DNA of 64,000 bases from a virus (lineage: Duplodnaviria; Heunggongvirae; Uroviricota; Caudoviricetes; Thumleimavirales; Hafunaviridae), in the IMG/VR virus record IMGVR_UViG_2974793440_000001, positions 12,822-76,821 of that record. The stretch is one strand, 5' to 3'. The notes beneath the pieces were generated by a model that was not told where the DNA came from, did not search any database, and saw only the letters and a program-made list of their open reading frames with translations. Numbering within the stretch: the stretch's first letter is position 1; every line of letters starts with the position of its first letter. Shown here piece by piece: positions 61,750 to 64,000 of this stretch. A program made the position numbers and the translations under genes.

Positions 61750-64000
61750 AGTTCGTTGGGTGTCACTTACGGCTTATTGGGTCAGGGAAGCCGCGAGAAA
61801 ACCTGAATCCGGCTTGAGAAGTCACTAAGTGACTCACTCAAGACCGTTGGGGTTGCTTAGCACGGGGCTTAGCCCCGTAAAGACCCTTAATGGGTACACC
61901 TTTCGGTGGAACCTTTCTTACCTATCCTTTCCCCCGGTTTACACCGGGGCCGGACATACTAACGACCGTTTTAAACGTGACACACATCCCTCAAAGCCGG
62001 TTGCTATACGCTACGCTATGTGAACTGCTCACTATGCGGAGCTTCAAACCTCAAAGAGTCTTTCGCGTTAATCGCTACTTTGAGCTGTTGCTCGGTGGAC
62101 TAATACGTTCGTCTCTCGCGCCTAATCTGTGGCATAGGTTATTCGTTCCATAGGCTAAGCTACTGCCTATTTTAAGTTGTAACCGGGGCGAGATTCACAT
62201 TTCAGTACCCTGTTGGTACTGTATGGCAAGCTATGAGCATTAATGCTCTTAGCGCCGGTTTTCGTCACTCTTTGCCCTAAGGGTCGGTCTTTGTCCGGGC
62301 CAAACTACCCCGTATCACCTGAAATACACACCGGAGCGTATGCTTTCCACCGTGGTAGGTTTCCAGCTACCCCGCCCGCTTAGCGGGCCGGGCCGTTCCG
62401 GGTTCGGGCCGTCACTACGAACGGGGGCGAGTTACCCCGTCCCGTCCGTTCGGGCCGTACCTACGACGTACCTCCGGGCGGGCCGTTCGGGGCCGGGCTT
62501 TGCTTACTCAACAGGGAACCCGGTGGCCCACCTTTGGCGTTTCGGGGCTAATCCGTCCCGTTCCGACTCACAAGAGCCTTTCCGGGCCGTTTCGCCCCAC
62601 GTTCCTACCCCCGTCCGACCGTTTCGGACGGGTTCCGTTCCCCCGTACTGGGTACGGGCTATGTGTCTTTAAATCAGGTAGCCACACCGGATACCCCCGT
62701 TGGGGCGACGTAAACACCGACTTACCTAACCGTCCCGTCTCTCGGGGTACTGGGGCGTCAATTCGCCGGGTTCCCCGCTAATCGCACAACTTTACCAACA
62801 GGTGTGTGTCGGGCCTACATTCCGTATCGGGTTCCGTTTCGGCCCGTGGTTCCGTCCGTCCGTCGTACCCCGACCGGGGCCGTTTCGTCCGAACCTACCC
62901 ACGGGCCTACTAACCCGCCCCCGACCGTTCGGGGGGAACGTGGTAGTAGTTCCGTCGTAGGGTGGTAGCGTACTGGGGAAACCTCGGAGGGATACGCATT
63001 TGGCGACGTACCCCGCATTTAACGGGTTTCCCGTCTTTGTCCCGGCCCCCGGAGGGGGGCCGTCTTTTTGCGTCCGGGCCACCGGGGGGCCACCGGAGGG
63101 ACGGACGCTTAGCGTCCGAACCCCGGAGGGTTCCCCCGACCGTGGGGCCGGGAACGTTCCGACCGTCCGGGCCACCGTAGGCCCGTCCGACCGGGGCGAA
63201 CTATCCCGGCCCGCTCCGAGAGGGGCCGGGGCCGCTTTCGTCAAGCGACATTCTACCCAAATGGGGGTAAGTATATAAAGGTTGTGTAAGATAAACCGAG
63301 CAGTCCTATTAATCCGTCGAACCCGGAGGGTACAAGCCCCGAGACGGACGGATAGGTGCGACACAAGACGGGAGTATATCATAAAACAGAGAGATATATA
63401 CAGTAAGAGTATATAAAGGATAAAAATTTGAAAGTGGCAAGCGCGGAGGGTACAAGCCTCGATGCGGTAAAACACGGGTAAAATAATCCCACGACAAACA
63501 CCCACATAGTCAGACACACACCGAATTAACAAAACACCTGTAAGTGGTGATACCGGGGGATACGGCCCCCGAGACGGACGGATAGGGGTAGCGCGGGCGA
63601 GACGGGACGAGACGGAACCCCGACGTACCCCGCGCGGGACGGACGAGAGACGGACGGACGGACGAGAGACGGCCCGTACTTGCCAAATGCGCCGTTTTCA
63701 GGTGGCCCGAGAGTCGGGATAACGGCCCGTATGGACGGTGTGAGACGGCCCAGTACGGCCCGCGCGGGGGGCGAGAGACGGATATACGGCCCAGTACGAC
63801 CGGAGCGACCGGAGCGACCGGGACGGGACGGGACGGGACGGGCCACCGGAGCGACACACCGACCGACCGACCGGGTACGCGCCCCGCGCCCGCGTAGGCA
63901 CAGCGATAACGTACATATCCGGGGGTACAAGCCCGAGCGAGGGGGCGAGGGGGCCACCCGGTTAGAACATTAAGGTGCTTTCCGCAGGCGCATATTTAGT
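61750..64000. repeat. 2.2-kb ORF-free, repeat-dense region; candidate replication origin or genome terminus/packaging region
   Basis: No credible ORF on either strand; dense short direct repeats (GGGCCG, CCGTTCGGG, GGGACGGGACGGGACGGG, GACCGGAGCGACCGGAGCGACC, GACGGACGGACGG); four or more copies of a roughly 30-bp unit CCGGAGGGTACAAGCCCCGAGACGGACGGATAGG separated by AT-rich stretches of about 80 bp. Confidence 0.6.

Noticed and set aside
62792-63532. 246-aa minus-strand ORF, and many other 60-140-aa ORFs on both strands between 61.8 and 64.0 kb
   Set aside because: Translations are Arg/Pro/Gly-rich and low-complexity, overlap each other in all frames, and lie in a repeat-dense GC-rich region. 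These are typical spurious high-GC ORFs.
63256-63960. Possible CRISPR array (direct repeats with intervening sequence)
   Set aside because: Repeats are imperfect (about 70-85% identity) and unequal in length. The spacers are AT-rich and partly similar to each other. There is no leader or cas genes, so this fits iterons or an origin better.

Overview
The window reads as one contiguous 64-kb piece of a high-GC tailed haloarchaeal virus genome (or a replicon derived from one). The proteome is strongly acidic, and many small ORFs overlap in ATGA/TAATG fashion.

Layout:
- 254 to about 13.9 kb, plus strand: contractile-tail and baseplate module in P2-like order (sheath, tube, chaperone with a possible frameshift, tape measure, gpU/gpD-like, spike, PAAR-like, gpW, gpJ, gpI, fibres).
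- About 14.7 to 30 kb: nucleotide metabolism and host-interaction genes.
  - B12-type class II RNR and a virus-encoded TATA-binding protein.
  - A low-GC restriction-modification cassette: wHTH regulator, amino-MTase, Trm112-like zinc ribbon and GIY-YIG nuclease, flanked by direct repeats.
  - A tyrosine integrase lying next to an attP-like 3' half of tRNA-Thr.
  - Five tandem paralogous mini zinc-finger ORFs.
  - RtcB, dCTP deaminase, ThyX and an HNH endonuclease.
- 30 to 43 kb, minus strand: replication genes (family-B DNA polymerase, Cas4-like nuclease, HTH-Mre11-like phosphoesterase, AEP primase, Walker ATPase with wHTH, tRNA-Asn).
- 43 to 61.7 kb: SPFH protein, C2H2 zinc-finger protein, ERCC4 nuclease, XPD-like Fe-S helicase and a long run of small minus-strand genes, many of them zinc ribbons.
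- 61.75 to 64 kb: a 2.2-kb ORF-free, repeat-dense region with iteron-like direct repeats and AT-rich spacers, a candidate origin or genome terminus.

A conserved promoter/leader element family recurs in at least seven intergenic regions, and several leaders contain tRNA-like T-arm minihelices. All functional calls come from motifs read by eye. No database searches were run.
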